Under the pieces are notes generated by a model. The model saw only the letters and a program-made list of their open reading frames with translations. It did no database searches and was not told the origin of the DNA. The translations under genes were made by a program, and so were the position numbers. A DNA stretch of 64,000 nucleotides from Rickettsiales bacterium (GTDB lineage Bacteria; Pseudomonadota; Alphaproteobacteria; Rickettsiales; JABIRX01). Location of the stretch: the NCBI GenBank assembly GCA_965222515.1, contig CBDCUE010000006.1, positions 1,543-65,542 on the forward strand, given 5' to 3'. Positions 55,044 through 63,595 of this stretch are shown here, one piece after another (the first letter of the stretch is position 1; each line of letters starts with the position of its first letter).

Positions 55044-55686
55044 AGATTTCTTTAAAAATTCCTATTTCTAATAGATTATTTTAAAATAATAAAATTATCA
55101 ACTTCTATTATGTTTAAATTTATTTTAATAGATCTTTTATATAAAATTCCTTTTATTATTTTATCCTCAAATTATCATTTTTTACCCATACTCACTTACT
55201 GCTATTTTGTCCAACCTATACAATCCAATATCTCTCCTGTATCTATGTCTATTAAATAATTAAAACCATTCTGTAATCCCGCACTAAATTCACATTTTGA
55301 TAAATCTAAATTAGGCTTATCTATCTCTATTTCATGTTTATCTACCATTATTGCATATCTCTTCACAACTTTTTCATTTTCTTTTATTTCAATAGCCATT
55401 CCTACATATACACTTTTCACTTTATACCCCTTATGATTATATTCTGCTACTTGCCATAATAATTTTCCTGTCTGTTTGCTGTAGCAAAAGAGATTTTGAT
55501 CTACTTCTTCTTCAGGAGTGGCATCTCTTGGTGAAATATTTTCTATTTTTTCTCTTGCATAAAAAGCTAAATTAAACCAATTAACTAAAAAGATTATTCT
55601 ATCAGGTAATTCTATATAAGATAATATTCTACTTTTAAAATCTACCTTAAATTTACCAAACTTTGCTATACTTCTATTTTTATTTA

Positions 55687-57351
55687 GAGTCTGCTGAATT
55701 AGATAATATTTTCCAATAAAAAATTAATTCTTTCCAAAAGACATTTTTTTAAATTTTAAAAATATATTTTCAAATTATTTTTTAATCCATTTTTAGTTTT
55801 TTATTTAATTTTTAATGTAATATTTGTATTAAACCTCTCTTAATGCTTTAAATAAGTTAAAACTAACCATAGCTATACTAGTTTGAATGGCAGCTCCATT
55901 CATAGTTTTCAACACTATTTTATTTAATGTGTAATCTTTTTTTAAATTTCCTATTACCCCCTCAACTCTAGACCTTGATTTCCTCAATTTCCTTTTTTCT
56001 AATTTTTGCTTAGCTGTAGATTTTCCTTGATTCTTAAGACTATGTTTTATATCAAAACTCTTTAATAAAGCTTTATTATCAAACGAAGAATAACCATCAT
56101 CTATCAGAACCTTCTTCGGCAATCTCTCAAATCTATCTTGATGATTTGCTAAACTATTCTTTAATTCTAACTTCTCATTAAATGCCCTATGCTCTACTTT
56201 ATCACTAAACACATAACCATCTGTTAAAGCTATATGTGCCTTTGCTCCAAATTCTGTTTTTTTACCTCCTTCCTTGCCTCTTTTGATTGGTCTTACAAAT
56301 GGTTGGTCAAAACTTATTATTCTGCCTGGAATACTTGTAACCTTTTCTTTGTATTTTCTTTGTTGTTGCCTAAAAATCTCTTTTCCTACTACTAACTTTT
56401 TTTCTATTTCCTTTATTAACCCTTGTAAACCCACCTCCTCAATCAATCCTAACTGAAAATTACCAGACGATAATTTCTTCTTTGCTCCCTTTATTATTGC
56501 TACCAATTGATTAATATTTCTATTAGTAAAATTCAACATTTTCCTAGTTGCCTTATTTATTACTTTCTTGTTCTTCTGCTTCTTTTTTGCAAAATCTAAA
56601 TATACTTTCTTTGCTTTTCTTTTGTAAGTTCTTATCTTCTCTTCTATTTTGAACTTTTTTTTTAATATATCTATTTGCTTAATTGCATAACTTCTTACAG
56701 TATTAAGCAATTTTACATCATTTGGATATTCTATTTTACTCTCAAACACTGTACCATCAAGCAACAATTCTTTTCCTTTGACAAACCTTTTATCCTTTAG
56801 CACCTCTAATATTTCTGATTCAAATTTTAAAAAATACTCTGCTCCTAATTTATTTCTTCTTTTTGTTAATAAGCTAGGATCCATCACTTTTGTTATCTTG
56901 CTTACAAAAGTATCATAACCACAAAAATATTGAAAATATGGATTTTCATAAAAATATTCTAATATCTCAACATCACTCAAACCTAATCTTACTTTACCGA
57001 TAAGCAAACCTAGCACTAATTTAGCTGATTTTACCACTCCCAATCTTTTAGGATCAAAATATTTATCATGAAGTGCAATCAAATTATCCCAAGGAACTAG
57101 CTCTGATAATTTTATCCATCTGTTGTTTTCGTCTAACTTACCTCCAAAAGGCATCATATCTGCAAATAATGGTAATGTTCTCATAGCAATGTCTAAAAAA
57201 AATTATATTTTTTTCTAAAAAAGTGCAAAGGTTTTCTCGTCATTATCTTCAAACCTTTGCATTTTTACTCAAAAATCTAACATAAATATACCACTCAAAC
57301 CCTTATAATACAACCCTTTTCCTTGCTTTTTTTACCTAATTCAGCAGACTC
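55687..57351 (-). mobile_element. IS5-like element, 1665 bp, 6-bp target duplication
   Basis: 16-bp perfect IR GAGTCTGCTGAATTAG / CTAATTCAGCAGACTC; TATTTA duplicated at 55681-55686 and 57352-57357. Confidence 0.93.
55829..57184 (-). CDS. IS5-like DDE transposase
   Basis: NRWIKLSELVPWD, ENPYFQYFCG, LLDGTV....I.YPND, EFGAK, LIDDGY, RSRVEGVIG. Confidence 0.9.
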   Translation of the reverse strand: MRTLPLFADMMPFGGKLDENNRWIKLSELVPWDNLIALHDKYFDPKRLGVVKSAKLVLGLLIGKVRLGLSDVEILEYFYENPYFQYFCGYDTFVSKITKVMDPSLLTKRRNKLGAEYFLKFESEILEVLKDKRFVKGKELLLDGTVFESKIEYPNDVKLLNTVRSYAIKQIDILKKKFKIEEKIRTYKRKAKKVYLDFAKKKQKNKKVINKATRKMLNFTNRNINQLVAIIKGAKKKLSSGNFQLGLIEEVGLQGLIKEIEKKLVVGKEIFRQQQRKYKEKVTSIPGRIISFDQPFVRPIKRGKEGGKKTEFGAKAHIALTDGYVFSDKVEHRAFNEKLELKNSLANHQDRFERLPKKVLIDDGYSSFDNKALLKSFDIKHSLKNQGKSTAKQKLEKRKLRKSRSRVEGVIGNLKKDYTLNKIVLKTMNGAAIQTSIAMVSFNLFKALREV

Positions 57352-57377
57352 TATTTAATTTGATGCTCATATAATTT

Positions 57378-57557
57378 TTATTGTAAAGGTTTTGTATTTA
57401 AATACCATTTAGATTCTATTTTTTGCAATATCTCTGTCTGTAGTCCTTCTCCTTGTCCAAAACTATTACTCCCTGCTCTTCCTGTTCTTATATCTCTATT
57501 TTTAGGCAATTCTACATCCGTTACCCATAATATAAATGTTCTTGCTGTTTTTTGCAC
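57378..57557 (-). pseudogene. Toxin-tail ORF
   Basis: Variant DVE..NRD..LQKIESKW. Confidence 0.6.
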
Positions 57558-57715
57558 AAATTTCTTTAAAAATTCCTATTTCTAATAGATTATTTTAAAA
57601 TAATAAAATTATCAACTTCTATTATGTTTAAATTTATTTTAATAGATCTTTTATATAAAATTCCTTTTATTATTTTATCCTCAAATTATCATTTTTTACC
57701 CATACTCACTTACTG

Positions 57716-58213
57716 CTATTTTGTCCAACCTATACAATCCAATATCTCTCCTGTATTTATGTCTATTAAATACTTAAAACCATTCTGTAATCCCGCACTA
57801 AATTCACATTTTGATAAATCTAAATTAGGCTCATCTATCTCTATTTCATGTTTATCTACCATTATTGCATATCTCTTCACAACTTTTCCATTTTCTTTTA
57901 TTTCAATAGCCATTCCTACATATACACTATCTTCTTTATACCCCTTATGATTATATTCTGCTACTTGCCATAATAATTTTCCTGTCTGTTTGCTGTAGCA
58001 AAAGAGATTTTCTCTTACTCGTTCTTCAGGAGTGGCATCTCTTGGTGAAATATTTTCTATTTTCTTTCTTGCATAATAAGCTAAATTTAATGGACTAACT
58101 AAAAAGATTATTCTATCAGGTAATGCTATATATGATCTTATAGCAGTTTTAAAATCTACCTTAAATTTACCAAACTTTGCTATACTTCTATTTTTATTTA
58201 ATTTGATGCTCAT
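57716..58213 (-). CDS. Array putative immunity protein, copy 11
   Basis: Protein identical to copy 9. Confidence 0.85.
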   Translation of the reverse strand: MSIKLNKNRSIAKFGKFKVDFKTAIRSYIALPDRIIFLVSPLNLAYYARKKIENISPRDATPEERVRENLFCYSKQTGKLLWQVAEYNHKGYKEDSVYVGMAIEIKENGKVVKRYAIMVDKHEIEIDEPNLDLSKCEFSAGLQNGFKYLIDINTGEILDCIGWTK

Positions 58214-58220
58214 ATAATTT

Positions 58221-58400
58221 TTATTGTAAAGGTTTTGTATTTAAATACCATTTAGGTTCTATTTCTTGCAATATCTCTGTCTGTAGTCCTTCTCCTTGCC
58301 CAAAACTATTACTCCCTGCTCTTCCTGTTCTTATCTCTGTATTTTTAGGCAATTTTACATCCGTTACCCATAATATAAATGTTCTTGCTGTTTTTTGCAC
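58221..58400 (-). pseudogene. Toxin-tail ORF
   Basis: Variant DVK..NTE..LQEIEPKW. Confidence 0.6.
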
Positions 58401-58558
58401 AAATTTCTTTAAAAATTCCTATTTCTAATAGATTATTTTAAAATAATAAAATTATCAACTTCTATTATGTTTAAATTTATTTTAATAGATCTTTTATATA
58501 AAATTCCTTTTATTATTTTATCCTCAAATTATCATTTTTTACCCATACTCACTTACTG

Positions 58559-59047
58559 CTATTTTGTCCAACCTATACAATCCAATATCTCTCCTGTATT
58601 TATGTCTATTAAATACTTAAAACCATTCTGTAATCCCGCAATAAATTCACATTTTGATAAATCTAAATTAGGCTCATCTATCTCTATTTCATCTTTATCT
58701 ACCATTATTGCATATCTCTTCACAACTTTTCCATTTTCTTTTATATAAAATCTCATTCCTACATATACACTTTTCACTTTATACCCCTTATGATTATATT
58801 CTGCTACTTGCCATAATAATTTTCCTGTCTGTTTGCTGTAGCAAAAGAGATTTTGACTTATTTCGTATAAATTAGTTGCATGATACCAATTTAATAAAAT
58901 TATTATTCTATCTGGTAACTCTATTAAATATTTAATTTCATTAGGAGCTTTTATAACTAAATTATTATCTAATTCTATATTAGTATTTACAAAAGTCTCT
59001 TCCCCAGCAGATAAAATCTTCTTTGTTTTATGTAATTTATATCCCAT
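58559..59047 (-). CDS. Array putative immunity protein, copy 12, divergent N-terminal half
   Basis: MGYKLHKTKK...IELPDRIIILLNWYHATNLYEISQNLF, then the same C-terminal half as copy 8. Confidence 0.85.
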   Translation of the reverse strand: MGYKLHKTKKILSAGEETFVNTNIELDNNLVIKAPNEIKYLIELPDRIIILLNWYHATNLYEISQNLFCYSKQTGKLLWQVAEYNHKGYKVKSVYVGMRFYIKENGKVVKRYAIMVDKDEIEIDEPNLDLSKCEFIAGLQNGFKYLIDINTGEILDCIGWTK

Positions 59048-59049
59048 TT

Positions 59050-59238
59050 TTATTTTATTTTAATTGTATTTTTAAACCAATTCGAATTAATGTCTTCTCT
59101 AGGTACCAATATCTCTGTCTGTAGTCCTTCTCCTTGTCCAAAACTATTACTCCCTGCTCTTCCTGTTCTTATCTCTGTATTTTTAGGCAATTTTACATCC
59201 GTTACCCATAATATAAATGTTCTTGCTGTTTTTTGCAC
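59050..59238 (-). pseudogene. Toxin-tail ORF with divergent tip
   Basis: ...GLQTEILVPREDINSNWFKNTIKIK*. Confidence 0.65.
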
Positions 59239-59396
59239 AGATTTCTTTAAAAATTCCTATTTCTAATAGATTATTTTAAAATAATGAAATTATCAACTTC
59301 TATTATGTTTAAATTTATTTTAATAGATCTTTTATATAAAATTCCTTTTATTATTTTATCCTCAAATTATCATTTTTTACCCATACTCACTTACTG

Positions 59397-59894
59397 CTAT
59401 TTTGTCCAACCTATACAATCCAATATCTCTCCTGTATCTATGTCTATTAAATAATTAAAACCATTCTGTAATCCCGCACTAAATTCACATTTTGATAAAT
59501 CTAAATTAGGCTCATCTATCTCTATTTCATGTTTATCTACCATTATTTCATATTCCTTAATAACTTTTCCATTTTCTTTTATTTCAATACCCATTCCTAC
59601 ATATACACTTTTCACTTTATACCCCTTATGATTATATTCTGCTACTTGCCATAATAATTTTCCTGTCTGTTTGCTGTAGCAAAAGAGATTTTCTCTTACT
59701 CGTTCTTCAGGAGTGGCATCTCTTGGTGAAATATTTTCTATTTTCTTTCTTGCATAATAAGCTAAATTTAATGGACTAACTAAAAAGATTATTCTATCAG
59801 GTAATGCTATATATGATCTTATAGCAGTTTTAAAATCTACCTTAAATTTACCAAACTTTGCTATACTTCTATTTTTATTTAATTTGATGCTCAT
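59397..59894 (-). CDS. Array putative immunity protein, copy 13
   Basis: KTAIRS / SPL / VKS / GIE / IKEYE. Confidence 0.85.
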   Translation of the reverse strand: MSIKLNKNRSIAKFGKFKVDFKTAIRSYIALPDRIIFLVSPLNLAYYARKKIENISPRDATPEERVRENLFCYSKQTGKLLWQVAEYNHKGYKVKSVYVGMGIEIKENGKVIKEYEIMVDKHEIEIDEPNLDLSKCEFSAGLQNGFNYLIDIDTGEILDCIGWTK

Positions 59895-59901
59895 ATAATT
59901 T

Positions 59902-60081
59902 TTATTGTAAAGGTTTTGTATTTAAATACCATTCAGGTTTTTTTTTGTCCAATATCTCTGTCTGTAGCCCTTCTCCTTGTCCAAAATTATTACTCCCTGC
60001 TCTTCCTGTTCTTATCTCTGTATTTTTAGGCAATTTTACATCCGTTACCCATAATATAAATGTTCTTGCTGTTTTTTGCAC
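59902..60081 (-). pseudogene. Toxin-tail ORF
   Basis: Variant DVK..NTE..GSNNF..LDKKKPEW. Confidence 0.6.
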
Positions 60082-60239
60082 AAATTTCTTTAAAAATTCC
60101 TATTTCTAATAGATTATTTTAAAATAATAAAATTATCAACTTCTATTATGTTTAAATTTATTTTAATAGATCTTTTATATAAAATTCCTTTTATTATTTT
60201 ATCCTCAAATTATCATTTTTTACCCATACTCACTTACTG

Positions 60240-60743
60240 CTATTTTGTCCAACCTATACAATCCAATATCTCTCCTGTATCTATGTCTATTAAATAATTA
60301 AAACCATTCTGTAATCCCGCACTAAATTCACATTTTGATAAATCTAAATTAGGCTCATCTATCTCTATTTCATGTTTATCTACCATTATTGCATATTCCT
60401 TAATAACTTTTCCATTTTCTTTTATTTCAATACCCATTCCTACATATACACTTTTCACTTTATACCCCTTATGATTATATTCTGCTACTTGCCATAATAA
60501 TTTTCCTGTCTGTTTGCTGTAGCAAAAGAGATTTTCTCTTACTCGTTCTTCAGGAGTGGCTTCCTCTGGCATAAGTTCTCTTCCTGCTATTTTTTCTCTT
60601 TCATGAAAAGCTAAATTTAATGGATTAACTAAAAAGATTATTCTATCGGGTAATGCTATATATGATCTTATAGCAGTTTTAAAATCTACCTTAAATTTAC
60701 CAAACTTTGCTATACTTCTATTTTTATTTAATTTGATGCTCAT
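60240..60743 (-). CDS. Array putative immunity protein, copy 14 (167 aa)
   Basis: KTAIRS / AGRELMPEE / VKS / GIE. Confidence 0.85.
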   Translation of the reverse strand: MSIKLNKNRSIAKFGKFKVDFKTAIRSYIALPDRIIFLVNPLNLAFHEREKIAGRELMPEEATPEERVRENLFCYSKQTGKLLWQVAEYNHKGYKVKSVYVGMGIEIKENGKVIKEYAIMVDKHEIEIDEPNLDLSKCEFSAGLQNGFNYLIDIDTGEILDCIGWTK

Positions 60744-60750
60744 ATAATTT

Positions 60751-60930
60751 TTATTGTAAAGGTTTTGTATTTAAATACCATTCAGATTTTATTTTGTCCA
60801 ATATCTCTGTCTGTAGTCCTTCTCCTTGTCCAAAACTATTACTCCCTGCTCTTCCTGTTCTTATATCTCTATTTTTAGGCAATTTTACATCCGTTACCCA
60901 TAATATAAATGTTCTTGCTGTTTTTTGCAC
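60751..60930 (-). pseudogene. Toxin-tail ORF
   Basis: Variant DVK..NRD..LDKIKSEW. Confidence 0.6.
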
Positions 60931-61088
60931 AGATTTCTTTAAAAATTCCTATTTCTAATAGATTATTTTAAAATAATAAAATTATCAACTTCTATTATGT
61001 TTAAATTTATTTTAATAGATCTTTTATATAAAATTCCTTTTATTATTTTATCCTCAAATTATCATTTTTTACCCATACTCACTTACTG

Positions 61089-61494
61089 CTATTTTGTCCA
61101 ACCTATACAATCCAATATCTCTCCTGTATCTATGTCTATTAAATAATTAAAACCATTCTGTAATCCCGCACTAAATTCACATTTTGATAAATCTAAATTA
61201 GGCTCATCTATCTCTATTTCATGTTTATCTACCATTATTTCATATTCCTTAATAACTTTTCCATTTTCTTTTATTTCAATACCCATTCCTACATATACAC
61301 TATCTTCTTTATACCCCTTATGATTATATTCTGCTACTTGCCATAATAATTTTCCTGTCTGTTTGCTGTAGCAAAAGAGATTTTGACTTATTTCGTATAA
61401 ATTAGTTGCATGATACCAATTTAATAAAATTATTATTCTATCTGGTAACTCTATTAAATATTTAATTTCATTAGGAGCTTTTATAACTAAATTA
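61089..61494 (-). pseudogene. Array putative immunity gene copy 15 (copy-12-type N-half), 5'-truncated by IS5
   Basis: Homology to 58559-59047 stops at NLVIKAPNE, where the IS end GTCGTCCC begins; the ORF-track start at 61580 lies inside the IS. Confidence 0.85.
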
Positions 61495-62986
61495 GTCGTC
61501 CCTAAAAAACTATAAAAAGCCTTGCAGTATAAGGTTTTTTTTGTATAATTTGCATAGTAAAAACACAAGCTTATTACCAATAACTCTTAAAACCTTGCAA
61601 AAATGTTACACAAAACTCACCAAACAGGAAATGATATGGATATGTTCAGAAATGAATTAGTAAATATCATAAATATGAAACATAAATTAGTAATATTGTC
61701 AAAATTAGTAGATTGGAGAAGCATGGAAAAGAAGTTTTCTATAAAATATAGTAATTTGGGAAGAGGAGGACTACCTATAAGATTAATGTGTGGATTATTG
61801 ATGTTAAAAGAAATAGAAAAGCAATCAGATGAAAAGATATGTGAGCTTTGGGTAGAGAATCCATATTATCAATATTTTTGTGGAAGTAGATATTTTGAGC
61901 ATAAGTTACCAACAGTTCCAGAGAATTTGGTGTATTTTAGAAAAAGAATAGGAGAAGAAGGGATGGAATATTTGTTTTCAGAAACAATAGAAATAGCAAA
62001 AAATACAAAAGTTTTAAAATCAGCTGATTTTAAAAGAGTAACAGTAGATAGCACAGTTCAAGAAAAAGCAATAACTTATCCTACAGATACTAAGCTGTGC
62101 CATAAAGCAAGGGAGAGTTTGGTAAAGTTGGCAGAAGCAGAGGGTATAAAATTGAGGCAGAATTATAAAATAGTTGGTAAAAAGAGTCTTTTTATGTCAG
62201 CGAGATACAGTATGTCAAGAAAGGGTAGAAAAGCAAAAGCAGAACAGAAAAAAGTAAAGAATTATTTGGGTAGAGTAATAAGGGATATTGATAATAAGAA
62301 AGGAGATTTGAAAAACAATAGTAAATTATTTCAAGCATTGCTAAGAGCAAAGTTAATTTACAATCAGCAAAGAACGGATAAGAATAAGATTTATTCATGG
62401 CATGAAGATGTGAGTTGCATAAGTAAGGGAAAAGCTCACAAGAAATATGAGTTTGGTTGTAAAGTAGGTTTTGTAGTAAGTTCTAGGTCAAATTTTGTTT
62501 TAGGAGCAAAATCATTTGATAACAATCCGTATGATGGACATACATTAAAATCTAATTTGAAACAAGCAGAAAGGTTGAGTGGCAAGAGTTTTAGGAAGGT
62601 TTATGTTGATCAAGGCTATAAAGATCATGGAATAAAAGATAAAAATGTTATTGTGGCAAGAACAAGAAAGAAAACATTATCTATTTTGCAAAAGAAATAT
62701 CAAAAACGAAGAAATGCGATAGAGCCAGTGATAGGTCATATTAAAAATGATGGCTCAAGGGGGGCAAGATGTTATCTTAAAGGAAAAATGGGCGATAATA
62801 TGAATGGCAATAGCAACTGCTATGGGATTTAACTTAAGAAAGCTGTTAAACTGCATAGATAGTTATCTTTTTGCCAAAATCCAAATGGTAATTTTTGTAA
62901 TAAAAAGTATTTTTTTAAGAAAAAACACACTTTTTATTATTTAATAATTGTTAATTTAACTAAAAATGTAATTATTTAGGTGCTAC
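61495..62986 (+). mobile_element. IS5-family element with non-matching flanks
   Basis: Ends TA|GTCGTCCCTAAA and TTTAGGTGCTAC|TA (compare GTCGCACCTAAA at 42588). The left flank is array gene; the right flank is IS3 sequence equivalent to 44473. Confidence 0.88.
61603..62832 (+). CDS. IS5-family transposase, frameshifted near the C-terminus
   Basis: ENPYYQYFCG, VDSTVQEKAITYPTD, KYEFGCKV, GNPYDGHTL-like NNPYDGHTL, VDQGY; extra G near 62805 relative to the 42712-43017 copy. Confidence 0.9.
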   Translation: MLHKTHQTGNDMDMFRNELVNIINMKHKLVILSKLVDWRSMEKKFSIKYSNLGRGGLPIRLMCGLLMLKEIEKQSDEKICELWVENPYYQYFCGSRYFEHKLPTVPENLVYFRKRIGEEGMEYLFSETIEIAKNTKVLKSADFKRVTVDSTVQEKAITYPTDTKLCHKARESLVKLAEAEGIKLRQNYKIVGKKSLFMSARYSMSRKGRKAKAEQKKVKNYLGRVIRDIDNKKGDLKNNSKLFQALLRAKLIYNQQRTDKNKIYSWHEDVSCISKGKAHKKYEFGCKVGFVVSSRSNFVLGAKSFDNNPYDGHTLKSNLKQAERLSGKSFRKVYVDQGYKDHGIKDKNVIVARTRKKTLSILQKKYQKRRNAIEPVIGHIKNDGSRGARCYLKGKMGDNMNGNSNCYGI

Positions 62987-63595
62987 TATCTAGTTTTTTA
63001 AATGATAAAATTAGCAATAATTTTATCATTATTTATGTAATTTTATCTCATTATTTGATTTAAAATTACAAAGGTTTTAATGGTTTTTTTTAGGAATAAA
63101 TTAAAGGCAAATTCTATCTTAAATTTTTCTAAAACCTGTCCAGTCAAAAGGGCTCACCATACTTGGTATGTTCTTAAATCATCAATTGAATTTATTGCTA
63201 TAAAATCATTCGCTAAACTGCTTTGATGAGTTATTATAAATGCTATAAAAATTAAAAATGCTTTTAACATTATTCTTTCTTTCTGTTTTTTTAAAATTTA
63301 ACTTTTTTAGTATCTTTTATCTTTTCTTATTTTGATAGAGATTTTTTAATCTTTTTTAAAATCTTTCCAAAAATCTTCTTTTTCAAATTCTTCTAAACAA
63401 AAATCTTCTTTTCATAGTCTTTAGCCCTTATAAATATTCTTACTTGGATCTTTTAATCCATCTCCTGTATCACAATTATACCAATCTCCCTTAAGGGCTT
63501 TGCAAGATTTCTTATATTCTTCTATCTCTTTCTTGCTCATATCCTCCATATCTTCTTCATCCTCCTCTCCATCATAATACCAATAGGCTGATGGA
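62987..63595. repeat. Near-identical second copy of 44473-45069 (IS3 right end, toxin stub, intergenic, 3' end of the DUF596-like gene)
   Basis: Direct alignment with a few substitutions and 12 extra nt near 63365. Confidence 0.93.
63163..63270 (-). pseudogene. 36-codon 5' stub of toxin-like gene, copy 2
   Basis: Identical to 44649-44756, with the same IS3 junction. Confidence 0.82.

Larger units (their letters stand above)
55202..57370 (-). pseudogene. Array putative immunity gene copy 10, split by IS insertion near codon 6
   Basis: MSIKLN at 57370-57352; the remainder 55686-55202 is in frame. Confidence 0.88.
47437..61494 (-). repeat. Tandem array of 15 ~843-bp units (spacer, toxin-tail ORF, putative immunity gene), interrupted by an IS at 55687-57351
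   Basis: Gene ends at 47628, 48471, 49314, 50138, 50987, 51830, 52673, 53516, 54359, 55202, 57716, 58559, 59397, 60240 and 61089; periods 843, 824, 849 or 838 bp. Confidence 0.97.

Noticed and set aside
48379-58748. Repeated plus-strand 93-108 aa ORFs (MFKFILIDLLY...)
   Set aside because: They are antisense shadows of the immunity gene plus spacer. They are broken in several units (e.g. by the 19-bp deletion) while the minus-strand gene stays intact.
47437-61494. Array as CRISPR
   Set aside because: The period is ~843 bp and coding; there is no short repeat/unique spacer pattern and no cas gene in the window.
47437-61494. Array variation as a diversity-generating retroelement product
   Set aside because: No reverse transcriptase in the window. 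Variable sites are mostly two-state and include C/T and C/G changes, so they are not adenine-restricted on either strand.
47437-61494. Integron cassette array
   Set aside because: No RYYYAAC...GTTRRRY attC structure found in the spacer and no integrase in view.
61495-61580. N-terminus MVISLCFYY... of ORF 61089-61580
   Set aside because: It lies inside the IS5 left end; a chance in-frame read-through, not a native start.
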